Source: Octopus sinensis (lineage: Eukaryota). Taken from it: DNA of 64,000 nucleotides. The stretch covers positions 35,340,001 through 35,404,000 of the forward strand of contig NC_043010.1 in NCBI RefSeq assembly GCF_006345805.1, given 5' to 3'. The position numbers and the translations under genes were made by a program. The notes beneath the pieces are model-generated. The model did not search any database. It was given only the letters and a program-made list of their open reading frames with translations, and was not told the origin of the DNA. Shown here in pieces: positions 53,790 to 64,000 of the stretch; positions within the stretch are counted from its first letter, which is position 1, and every line of letters starts with the position of its first letter.

Positions 53790-53817
53790 TGATGATAATA
53801 ATAATAATAATAATAAT

Positions 53818-53913
<96 letters not shown>

Positions 53914-53914
53914 T
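53739..53914. repeat. (TAA)n array (~175 bp)
   Basis: Direct reading. Confidence 0.95.
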
Positions 53915-54679
53915 ACTTAAATTTCTTCTTTCCGTTTTTGTTTTGTTTATCTTCTCTAAATATTCCTATCTAGCTAATGTAATGAAAAGATCACTTTGCC
54001 ATGAGGCCAATGCGCCTGCCCTCTCACCCCCACCCCATATTCAAACCGGAAGCGAAGCAATTATTCTTTTTTTTTCTAGTGGGGACATTGGTGACTAAAC
54101 TGGCAACCCCACAGAGCTTGCTCTGTGAGGAGGATGTATAATTCTTGCTATTTTGACACCCTACAGGAAGAAAAACAATACATGTATAAAGTCTAATGAA
54201 CTCTTATGAGGCAACGGCCACCAAAAAGCATCCCAAGAGGCAGAAGCAATCATAATGCTTGAACACCCCTTCAAGATGGAAACTCCAAAAATTAAGCCAG
54301 GGTTACAGCAATCCTAAATCCAAGGGTGGAGATCCTGTCAGTGATGTTGTCATGGGAAAAAAAAAAACGGTGGTTGTGCAACCTAAACTACATTAACCCA
54401 GCACATGCCCTATGGGTGAGCAGTATGGGCCCAGTCATCATCAAGCAACTGCTAAAAGAAGGTGGACAAAAGAAATGAATGTGGTTGCAATGGAGTGCTA
54501 CTTTCTGGGTAATCCGAGAAATGATAATGAAGTACTTGCTCAGGGGATATAGGAAAAAGAATGCACATGGCATGGAGTGACAGAGGCCTATTTGAATTAA
54601 GTGAACAATATCTGTGTGCCAAGCTAGAGCCATCAGAAAGAATGAATGGTTATCTCCAGTTGAACTAGAAAGCATTAAG

Positions 54680-56345
54680 AGATGGTTGCTTAGGGATAGT
54701 AAGACCAGCGGTGAACGGAAGGATGAGGAAGAGAATGCAGATATTGAAACTATGGTAGTGAAGTTAAAGGAAGAAAAATGAGCAGTAGGCTAAGATTATT
54801 GATCAACAAAGTGATGAGAGAACCAAGGAACAGATATCAATTTTAAATGAAATCATTGATATCTGGACCTCTGGTGAACAGAGCTTTCATACGAGGTTTA
54901 AAAAAAGTAGACAGGAAGAAACTTGGTGAATGGTTCAGGAAGATAAATGATATCAAGACTAACAACAATCTGATAAATGCAATCTCAATCTTTATGGCCT
55001 GGAAGTTAGGTTTGAAAGCCAAAGGCAAATGTCCACATAACCAGAAGGAACCATGGTGGAAAAGGAGAATAACACAGTCTATTAATGAGACCAGAAAACA
55101 TATTAATATTCTGGAACGAAAAAAAAAAATAAAGTTCAGTGAGAGAAATATGTTGAGCTAAAGAGGAAGTATAGGGTGAAGAAAAAAGGGAATCAATGTT
55201 GTGATTGAGGCATTAAAACAGAAGTTGAAAGCTAAAGAACATAAACTAAAGAGATATGAACAGAGAATTGAGCAGTAAAGATTAAACAGAATTTTCAAAC
55301 AAAATTAGGAATGAGTCTATCAGGAACTGGATGGGAAAGAAAAAGGTGAAAAAGCTGTACTGGATGCTGAAGAAAGCAAAAGATTCTGGTCAAACATATG
55401 GTCTCAGGAAAAACAACACAAAACTGAATCAAAGTGGTTAAAGAAACTCAAAGAAGAGAGTGGAGAGTATCAGCAGGAGGATTTGAGAATAACTGAGGAG
55501 ATGATTAGAAATCAGTGCAGGAAAATTCCTAACTGGAAAGCACTTGGCCCAGATGGGGTTTTTGGCTTAAAAGCTTGACAGCTCTGCACAGGAGAATTGC
55601 AAGACAGATGAACAGCACTCAAGAAGAAGCTCTCAGAACAAACTACTCCAAGTATCACATTGATAAAAGCACTGACTCGCCACAGTGTAGGATGTGCTCT
55701 GAGAAGGGAGAAAGTATAAGCCATATTGTTAGTGAGTGCTGTAAGTTCACACAACATGAATACAAAAGGAGTCATGACAATGTGGCCAGATATGTCCACT
55801 GGCTGTTGTACAGTAAAGCAAACCTCAAGAGAGCCAAACAATGGTATGAACCCAAGCCAGAGGAAGTAATGGAAAATGTACATTACAAAATACTCAGGAA
55901 TTTTAACATGCAGTGTGACCAAGTCATAGAGGCAAGACGACAAGGTATTGTGCACATCCATAAAGATGAAAAAGAAGTGAAGATAATAGATGTTGCAATA
56001 CCAGGCGATTCGAGGATGAAATGTAAGGAAACAGAAATGATTGAGAAATACCAGCCACAGTAGGATGAGATAGGAAAGTTAGGGGCATGAGGAAAGTAAT
56101 GATGATACCAGTGGTAATAGAAGCATTAGGAGCAGTTTCCAGGGGCTTTGAAAAACATATCAAGAATATTGGAGCTGCTGTCAGGCTTGAGGTGATCCAG
56201 AAGACGGCATTGTTGGGTACAGCTTGCATTCTAAGGAGAGTATTGTCTCTTTGAGTCACAGAAGGCACTACTTGAAACCTTTGGTGATTTATTACCTGCT
56301 TTCAAGTAAAGAATAACCAGTAATTAAGAACTATCTGAGAGTCTT
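54680..56345 (+). mobile_element. R4/Dong-clade LINE with the RT domain deleted
   Basis: PWWKRRI, RFWSNIW, PNWKALGPDG, then directly ..QEEALRTN..CRMC..ESISHIVSEC..HDNVARYVHW..DVAIPGD..; no RT motifs between them. 5' boundary approximate. Confidence 0.75.
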
Positions 56346-56718
56346 TCATTATTATTATTTATTTATTTTTATTATTATAGTTAGAATGTCAAACAAAATA
56401 TTTTGCGGAATTTGTTCTAGCTTTTGTACACTCTGAGTTCAAATGTTGCTGTTGTGAACCAAGTCTTTGATCAGTTGCAGGTTATTTAAATAAGTACTTG
56501 TCCAGTATTGCGGTTAATTTAATCAGATAAAGATAACTTTTTATCTTTGTGCTTATGTATGATATGTTTATTATTGCTTATGTTTGACTTTCATACTTTC
56601 AGGGTTGATAAAATAAGTACCAGATCAACACTGGAGTTGATGTAATTGGTTCATTCCCTCCCACCAAAATTACTGTCCTTGTGGCAAAATTTGAAACCAT
56701 TATTATTATTATTATTAT

Positions 56719-56987
56719 TAAGGTGGTGAGCTGGCAGGATTGTTGCCCTGCTAAACAAAATGCTTAATGGCATTTTGTCCATCTTTACATTCCTTGTTCA
56801 AATTCCACTGAGGTTCACCTTGCCTTTCATTCTTTTGAGGGCAATAAAATAAGGACCAGGATTATTATTATTATTATTATTATTATTATTGTTATTATTA
56901 AGGTGGTGAGTTCAAATTCCACCAAAGTTGACTTTGCCTTTCATCCTTTTGGGGTCAATAAATTAAGTAGCAGTCTTAATAATAATG

Positions 56988-57028
<41 letters not shown>

Positions 57029-58400
57029 TGCCCTAGGTGTACGGAAAACACTCGGCAAGAAACGAAGGAAAATAATAATAATAATAATAATAATATTGGG
57101 ATGGGTTACCCGACCAGAAGAAAATTCTAACTGGGCCCCACCCGCAAGGTCATGCGCTGTTTATCTTGTTATGAGATCACCATGTCGCGCATATATGGTT
57201 GTGATGCATGTGCCTGGTGTACCCTTATCAGACGGGTAGTCACGATGGGTATACTGGGCTTCGTATATTTTACCACAGTGTCACTTTGATGGCATGCACT
57301 GCTCTCTCACTCAATAATAATAATAATAATAAAATAATAATAGGATGATGATGACGATGATGATAATGATGATGATTTCAAACTCTGGCACAAGGCCAGC
57401 AAATTCGGGGGAGGGGGGTGAGTCAATTATATCAACTCCAGTGATCAATTGGTACTTATTTTATCAACACTGTGAAGATGAAAGGCAAAGTCAGCCTCAA
57501 CGGAATTCGAACTCAGAATGTAAAGATGAATGAAATGCCGTTAAGTATTTTGCCCAGCATGCTAATGATACTGCCAGCTCACCGCATTAATAATAATCCC
57601 TTTTGCAAAAGGCAGAAGGCCTGAAATTTGGCAGGGGCAGTGGAGGCTAGTCTATTACATCGACCCCAGTGTTTCACTGGTACTTAATTTATCAACCCCC
57701 AAAAGGATGAAAGGCAAAGCCAACCTTGGCAGAGTTTGAACTCACCACCTTAATAATACTAATGATAATAATAATAATAATCCTTTCTGCTACAGGCACA
57801 AGACCTGGGATTTGAGGGGAGGGGTAGTTGATTACATCGACCCCAGTACTTGTCTGGTACATATTTTATCAACCCTGAAAGGATGAAAAGCAAAGTCAAC
57901 CTCAGAGGAATTTGAACTCAGAACATAGCAACGGGTGAAATACCGCTAAGCATTTTGTTCAGTGCGCTAACGATTCTTTTCTACTTAAGGCACAAGGCCC
58001 GAAATTTTGTGGGAGGAGGCCAGTCAATTAGATCGACTCCAGTATGCAACTGGTACTTAATTTATCGAGCCCCAAAAGGATGAAAGGCTGTCGACTTCTG
58101 AAGAATTTGAACTCAGAATGTAAAGACAGATGAAATACTGCTAAGCATTTCGCCCGGCATGCTAACGTTTCTGCCAGCTCACCGCCTTTATAATAATGAT
58201 AATGATAATTATAATCTTTTTTAATATATACTACAGACACAAGGCCTGAAATTTAGGGGACGCTCAACTGGTACTTATTTCATCGATCCTGAAAGGATGA
58301 AAGGCAAAGTTAACTTTGGTGGAATTTGAACTCAGAAAGTAAAGAGCCGGAAAAAATACTGCGAAGTATTTTGGCCATGTAAACAATTCTGCCAGCTCAA
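56719..58400. mobile_element. Stack of ~7 SINE family A copies or fragments separated by (TAA)n
   Basis: Repeated GAAAGGATGAAAGGCAAAGT..GAATTTGAACTC blocks: two plus-strand copies, then about five minus-strand copies. Confidence 0.75.
57096..57312 (+). mobile_element. TAA-flanked non-coding retroelement, copy 3 (5'-truncated)
   Basis: Same 3' end CTCTCTCACTC-AATAATAA; (TAA)n on both sides. Confidence 0.7.
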
Positions 58401-59952
58401 ATTAAAGTGTGCCTTTGTTTTCGTGTAAAACAAGAAAAAAGTCCAAGGAAGATGGGTTTTGTTTAGCATTTGTTAATTCATATTACGTTTTGATAGAGTG
58501 ACTTATAAAACTCTACATAATTTAATGTTATGTATTAAAAGACTCTTATCCCATTGTAAATAAACAAAGAAATATTGATAAGTTAGTATTAATAGATTTA
58601 ACGTCTGCAATATTAAAGTGTAACGGGAATAGGTTGCTTCTTGCACTTTTAGGGTGCAACTGATACATTCACAATTTCCGTTGCTTAAATTTCCAGATTC
58701 TACCAGTCAAAGAACACAAACGCGACAGTAAAAATATATACTCTTTATTGTTCTTATAACAGTAAGAAATAAGGTGGTATATTTGGTTCCACTTGGTATG
58801 GATGTGGCAAGGCTGAAACTTTAACTAGAAGTAAATATATGTTGAGATAAAAAAAAAAGAAAGAAACCCAGTTTTGGCAATGCTATGTGATTATGAAACT
58901 TGCTTCCCAAATATATGGTCTCGGGTTCAATCCCACTACACAGTAAATGTCTTCTTCTGTAGCCCTGGGCCAACCAAAGCCTTGTGAGTGGATTTAATAT
59001 ACAGAAACTGAAAGAAGCCCGTCAATACACACACACACACATACATGCATACGTGATATGTATGTTTGTGTGCACCCTTATCTTAACATAACATGTTGGT
59101 TGTAAACAAGCATCACCGTCATACAAGTGATGTTGTTTATTTCCAATCTTCCAAGGAAAACATGTCTGACCATGGAAAACATTCTCTTGCTTGGAGACAG
59201 GTAGGGCACCAAGTAATAGAAAATCTACAAGATTCAATCTGATCTAAGCAAGCATGAAAAACTGGATTTTAAATTATGACAACGACGATGATGATGATTA
59301 CTTATTTCAATTGAATTTTTCCAATAAATACAAGAGATTTCAGACATGTTTTGCTTGTTTGTTTGCTTTTTTTTATTGCTTTATTCTGACTTCTTCAGCC
59401 AATCTAGCCCTCATTGTAACAAAGAAATAGTAATGAATGATTGGGCAAATAAATATACACAATTGCACAATTGTTGATGCGAATATATAGAAATTATTTA
59501 GAGATTCCAAAACTTGAGAATAGTATTGAAGTTCAGAACCGTATTGAAACACGTTCGAAACCGTCTCCCGTATTTGCAAAGTGAAAAAAAAATAGAATAT
59601 GCTGGAGGTATTAGACATTAACTGATTTTCTTATTTGCTCGACATTTATTAAATATGCTAACACTAACTGGCTTATTGTGTTTTTTAACACTAAATATAT
59701 ATAGATTCGACTACTTCTGCGTGAAAACTAGAACGATTTGAACAGAAATAACGCAATAAAGCAGAATAATAACTAATAAAATAGTGAAAACAAAATAAAA
59801 CAAGACAGCTGGTAGGATTATAAAAATAGAATAAAATTATAGAGTAAGTGAGAGCTAAAAATAGCATAAAGAAATCACTACTCAAGCGAAATAAATTAAC
59901 ATGCAGTGGAGACAATAGTTTAATATGTTTGGTCACAAAAATAGTTTGGACG

Positions 59953-60283
59953 CAGAGTTTCTCAATCATTTTTAATCTATGGACCCCTTTGATACCTATT
60001 TTACTGGGACGGACCTTCATATGTTTAAAAAAAATCATATTATATTTTTATAGTTAAATATTATTAGGAATTGTATTTAAAAATTGTTGGGATCTTTTCG
60101 GTTTGAACGGCAGTTTGTAAAAGCCAAGAGAAAATGATGTTTTATAAACACATTCTACCAGTATACGAAGTTTAAAATTTTTTTAGTTACCTAGAAATTA
60201 TGTTTACAAACTGCCGTTCAAACCGAAAAGATCGCCGACCTGACCCCTTAGGACCATGTGGACCCCACCGGTAAGAACCACCG
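59953..60283. mobile_element. hAT-like MITE (1293-1548 family) carrying a nested insertion
   Basis: Ends CAGAGTTTCTCAATC / GGTAAGAACCACCG; internal ATGGACCCC.TTGAT as in the 1293 copy. Confidence 0.55.
60091..60233. mobile_element. ~143-bp MITE with perfect 31-bp TIRs
   Basis: GATCTTTTCGGTTTGAACGGCAGTTTGTAAA (60091-60121) is the exact reverse complement of 60203-60233. Confidence 0.8.
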
Positions 60284-60525
60284 TTCGGTTAAAATAATAA
60301 AGGAGAGCGTTCGGTCAAAAAGAAAAAAAGAAAAAGTAACAGAACGTTTGACTGGAGTAAATAGTTTAGAACCATTCAGTCAAGTGTACACCTCAGAGCT
60401 TTCACTTTCCTCAGAATAATAGTTTATAGTTAAGTTGCTAAACAGCAAAGAGAAACCTATTATTGAATAGGAAGCATGAAGTAAAAATAAGAGAAGAAAA
60501 CTTTATAAGAGAAAGTAAACTGATT

Positions 60526-60536
60526 ATCACGTGACC
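60526..60536 (-). promoter_or_regulatory. E-box/CLEAR-like motif GGTCACGTGAT upstream of the Rab gene
   Basis: Matches the GTCACGTGAY consensus; ~270 bp upstream of ATG 60803. Confidence 0.35.
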
Positions 60537-60802
60537 AAAACAAAAATGGTGTCATAGGATTGTTTTTGTGAGTTGAGCTGTCTTCGGTGTTAGGTTTATT
60601 ATTTTTTTTTATATAATTACATATCGTTATTAACGTTGTTATTATTTCGTCAAGAAAAAGTATATGTGTACGTAGAATATTAGTGCTACGTGAGAAGTAA
60701 GAAAAGCAAAGAGGATAGATAGAAAAGTACGGGTTTGTCGTCGTACTCGCACTAACTCTTTTTCTATCGAGTCAATCTGCGACTTTACTCAACACAGACA
60801 CA

Positions 60803-60869
60803 ATGGAAGGTGGGGAAGCAGAATCGCACAAATCACTGGAAGCAAAAATTGTTTTACTCGGATCGCAAG
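60803..60869 (+). CDS. First coding exon of a Rab-family small GTPase (RabX1/Rab22-31-like)
   Basis: MEGGEAESHKSLEAKIVLLGSQG: beta-1 strand KIVLLG and start of the P-loop, split by a consensus donor CAAG|GTAAGT (phase 1). Later exons not seen in the window. Confidence 0.85.
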
Positions 60870-61882
60870 GTAAGTAAATATTGTTTGGTATTTTATATGT
60901 GTGCATATCTCTTTCTCTCTCTACACACACACATACTTTTATAAGCACAGGCATACACACACGCAAACATACCACTTGCTACTTTCATCTATCTCCCATG
61001 GGGGGTACTTTGACAACTTTGATAAATCGAACAAATTTATATCGGTCGTTGCCACTTTTATTTATATATTTATTTTGCTTTTGCCAGAAAGGATTAGTGC
61101 TCTAAAAAAAATCCGGTTTTTTTTTTTTTTATCTGAAGACGATGAAGATGATGAGAACAATAATGATTGTCTGTGTCTAGAAACAAACAAAACTTGTATT
61201 GATTGTCTTTCAGACGTCTTTATATTTGTGTACAAAGTTTCTTTTCGTTGTTCAATACCACAATCGCATATTAACGAGAGAACTTCTACGTTGTCACACG
61301 AATTATTAGCTAAATCTACCTTCTAATCATACCCCACCATATTAAAAAAAAAAAGCGTACACGTAGTCTTAGATATGTACAAAGATGAGATGGTCACGGC
61401 TGGAATGCATTCGATTGTAAGCTCAATCAGAGCTGACATTGAGTTAAACAACAATGTAACCATTTGTCTTGAACTTCATTATATATAATATAACATTTGG
61501 TTTACTATTTTTGACATAGTAATGCTATCTTTGACAATCAAATAAATACGTAACTATTGATTTATCTGTGTGTGTGTTTGGTTTTACAAACGTGAGCAAG
61601 AACTCTTATACGTAAAGCAGAGAATATGCAAGTGTTTATTTGCTAAAAATACTATGTGGTGTACTCAAGGGGCTCACAGATTCGTGTCAAAGCACTTCTC
61701 AAACTTTGATATATGTATGTTGTGTGTGTGATTTACATAGGCTGATTCACTTTTATTCCGGAGTTTCCTGACGTCTAGTCTAGCCAGGTAGAAACGGACT
61801 CGAGGATGACAGAGAAAGAGATCGGTCGAAATAAATTATACTCTTTCTCTCCCATATTATTAAGGCGAGTAATGGGTATGTA

Positions 61883-61885
<3 letters not shown>

Positions 61886-61926
<41 letters not shown>

Positions 61927-62174
61927 GAGAAGGTGCGCACGCTTATTTCATTGACTGAGATGAAATCAATTAAAGAAAGTTTAACTAATACTAGCGAATT
62001 GTTTTGGAAACAAAACACGATGTCAAGTATTGGTGTTAAAGTAATTACACATATCAATTTCTTTTCTGTATTGGCATGAGTTGGATAAGGCATTTATGTT
62101 CATATTCTCTAAGAATCCCTGGCTTCTTTGATGGGACAGGAAATGCATATACTATTGACATTCCAATATATATA

Positions 62175-62208
<34 letters not shown>

Positions 62209-62484
62209 CAGACAGACAGAGAGAAGGTGCGCACGCTTATTTCATTGACTGAGATGAAATCAATTAAAGAAAGTTTAACTAATACTAGCGAATTGTTTTG
62301 GAAACAAAACACGATGTCAAGTATTGGTGTTAAAGTAATTACACATATCAATTTCTTTTCTGTATTGGCATGAGTTGGATAAGGCATTTATGTTCATATT
62401 CTCTAAGAATCCCTGGCTTCTTTGATGGGACAGGAAATGCATATACTATTGACATTCCAATATATATATATGTGTGTGTGTGTA
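61886..62484. repeat. Tandem duplication, 294-bp period
   Basis: The block 61925-62190 recurs at 62219-62484, apparently identical; junctions lie in (TG)n/(AG)n. Confidence 0.9.
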
Positions 62485-62569
62485 TGTGTGATTATTATAT
62501 ATATAATACACACTAGCAGAGATACCCGGCGTTGCTCGTAGTTAAAATGGCGTATTTTTTCTTTTTTTT

Positions 62570-62850
62570 TGTTTTACTTGTTTCGGTCATTTGACTGCGG
62601 CTATGCCGGAGCACCGCTTCTGGTCGAAGAAGTCGACCCAAGGATTTATTCTTTGTAAGCCAAGTACTTATTCATCGGTATGTTTTGCAAAACGGATAAG
62701 TTACGGGGACGTAAACACAGCAACATCGGTTGTCAAGCGATGCTGAGGATACAAACACACACACACACACAAATATATACACATATATACGACATTCTTC
62801 CTTCAGTTTCCGTGTACGAAATCCACTCACAAGGCTTTGGTGTACCTGAG
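62570..62850 (-). mobile_element. SINE family B, diverged
   Basis: TTACTTGTTTCGGTCATTTGACTGCGGC...CTTCAGTTTCCG..ATCCACTCACAAGGCTTTGG. Confidence 0.7.
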
Positions 62851-63329
62851 GCTATGTGTGTGTGATATAATAGATATTATATATATATATATATTATATA
62901 TATAATATGTATCACGCAATATCTGAGACCTCCTTCGGTCACGACACAGACCATGGGATTGCACCTAGGAAGTTACCCTCCCAGGCACAAGTCCGGGCGA
63001 GGTTGTTTATGGAAAACCAGCAGTCGCCCGTGCATACCAGCCTTTCCTCTCTGCACCACTGATGTTATCTAAGGGAAAGGCAAAGGCCAATACAGCTTGA
63101 CACTATATATATAGTACATATATATATTCATAAAATAAGGATAAAAATCATGTTAGTGTTTATTATAAGGTAGTCAGTATGGAATAAAATTTAATATTTA
63201 ATTTATATATATATATAGAGAGAGAGAGAGAGTGGAAATCTTTCAGAGAAAGTACATGAGAAGTGAAACTTTTGTAACAGGTAGTCATGCTGGATACATA
63301 GTTTTCTCTCCTGACATTCCGTATCCCCT

Positions 63330-63990
63330 TCTCGGTTAACTCTAAGGCCCTTTGATTCTAGACTTTGCTTCTATACCTGGAACTTCTCTTCTAGTTCTGG
63401 TAGTGATTCAACTATAAGAGCAAGGACATCAGCATAGAGGAGCTCCCAGGGGCAGCCTGTCTTAAATTCCTCTTATTGCCTGGAGGATTATGGTGAATAA
63501 GTATTGGTGGGGGTGGGGGGCTGAGCACTGATCCTTAGTGAAGCCTTACTTGTATCCTGAATTCTTCACTGTACTCATTGCCAACCCTCACCTTACTGGT
63601 AGCATCCTTGTACATAGCTTGTACAGCTCTCACCAACCACTTGTCTATCCCTAGTTTCCACATTGACCCCCAGATAAGGGATCAGGGGACCCTGTCAAAG
63701 GCTTTCTCCAAGTCAATAAAGGCCAAGTACAGAGGTTTATCTTTGGCTATGTATTTCTCCTGCAGCTGTCTTACCCGAAATATAGCATCAGTGGTGCTTT
63801 TCTCTGGCACAAAACCAAACTACATCTCATCTAGGCTAACTCTCACCCTAATTAGTTGGACTATGACTCTCTCCATAACTATCATCATCTGATCCAGCAA
63901 TTTGATACTTCTGTAATTATTTCTATCTAAAGCGTCACCTTTACCTTTGTAGCAGTTGACTATGGTGCTGCTACAGCAGTAATTGGGCAT
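63330..63990 (-). pseudogene. RTE-like LINE reverse transcriptase fragment
   Basis: FGFVPEKSTTDAIFRVRQLQEKY..LAFIDLEKAFDRVP..., VRLH*GSVLSP and PWELLYADVL on the minus strand. Confidence 0.85.
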
Positions 63991-64000
63991 GACTCCTTTG

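Noticed and set aside
59335-59405. Minus-strand CTGAAGA....AAAACATGTC
   Set aside because: The intervening A-rich sequence cannot form stem II and G12 is absent.

Overview
AT-rich, microsatellite- and transposon-dense animal DNA. The SINE families and repeat landscape suggest an octopod cephalopod (Octopus-like); this is inferred from memory of such sequences, not from a search. Two host genes are partly visible and point away from each other. On the minus strand is a 774-nt coding exon (14836-15609) for an uncharacterised membrane protein with a long low-complexity N-terminus, plus a probable non-coding first exon with TATA/Inr at about 18108-18264. On the plus strand is the first coding exon of a Rab small GTPase (60803-60869, RabX1/Rab22-31-like). 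The rest is intronic or intergenic. It holds R4/Dong-type REL LINEs sitting in (TAA)n arrays, RTE and Tx1/L1-like LINE remnants, Penelope remnants, a DD41D and a DD34D Tc1/mariner element, MITEs and three tRNA-derived SINE families. The most notable non-annotated signals are: a canonical-core type I hammerhead ribozyme with a dimer-type palindromic stem III and a very long stem II (12371-12468); two further hammerhead-like motifs; several element families that all use TAA microsatellites as landing sites; and a possible hidden small ORF or terminal exon at 43704-43872. Almost all ORFs in the supplied track are microsatellite or TE artefacts.
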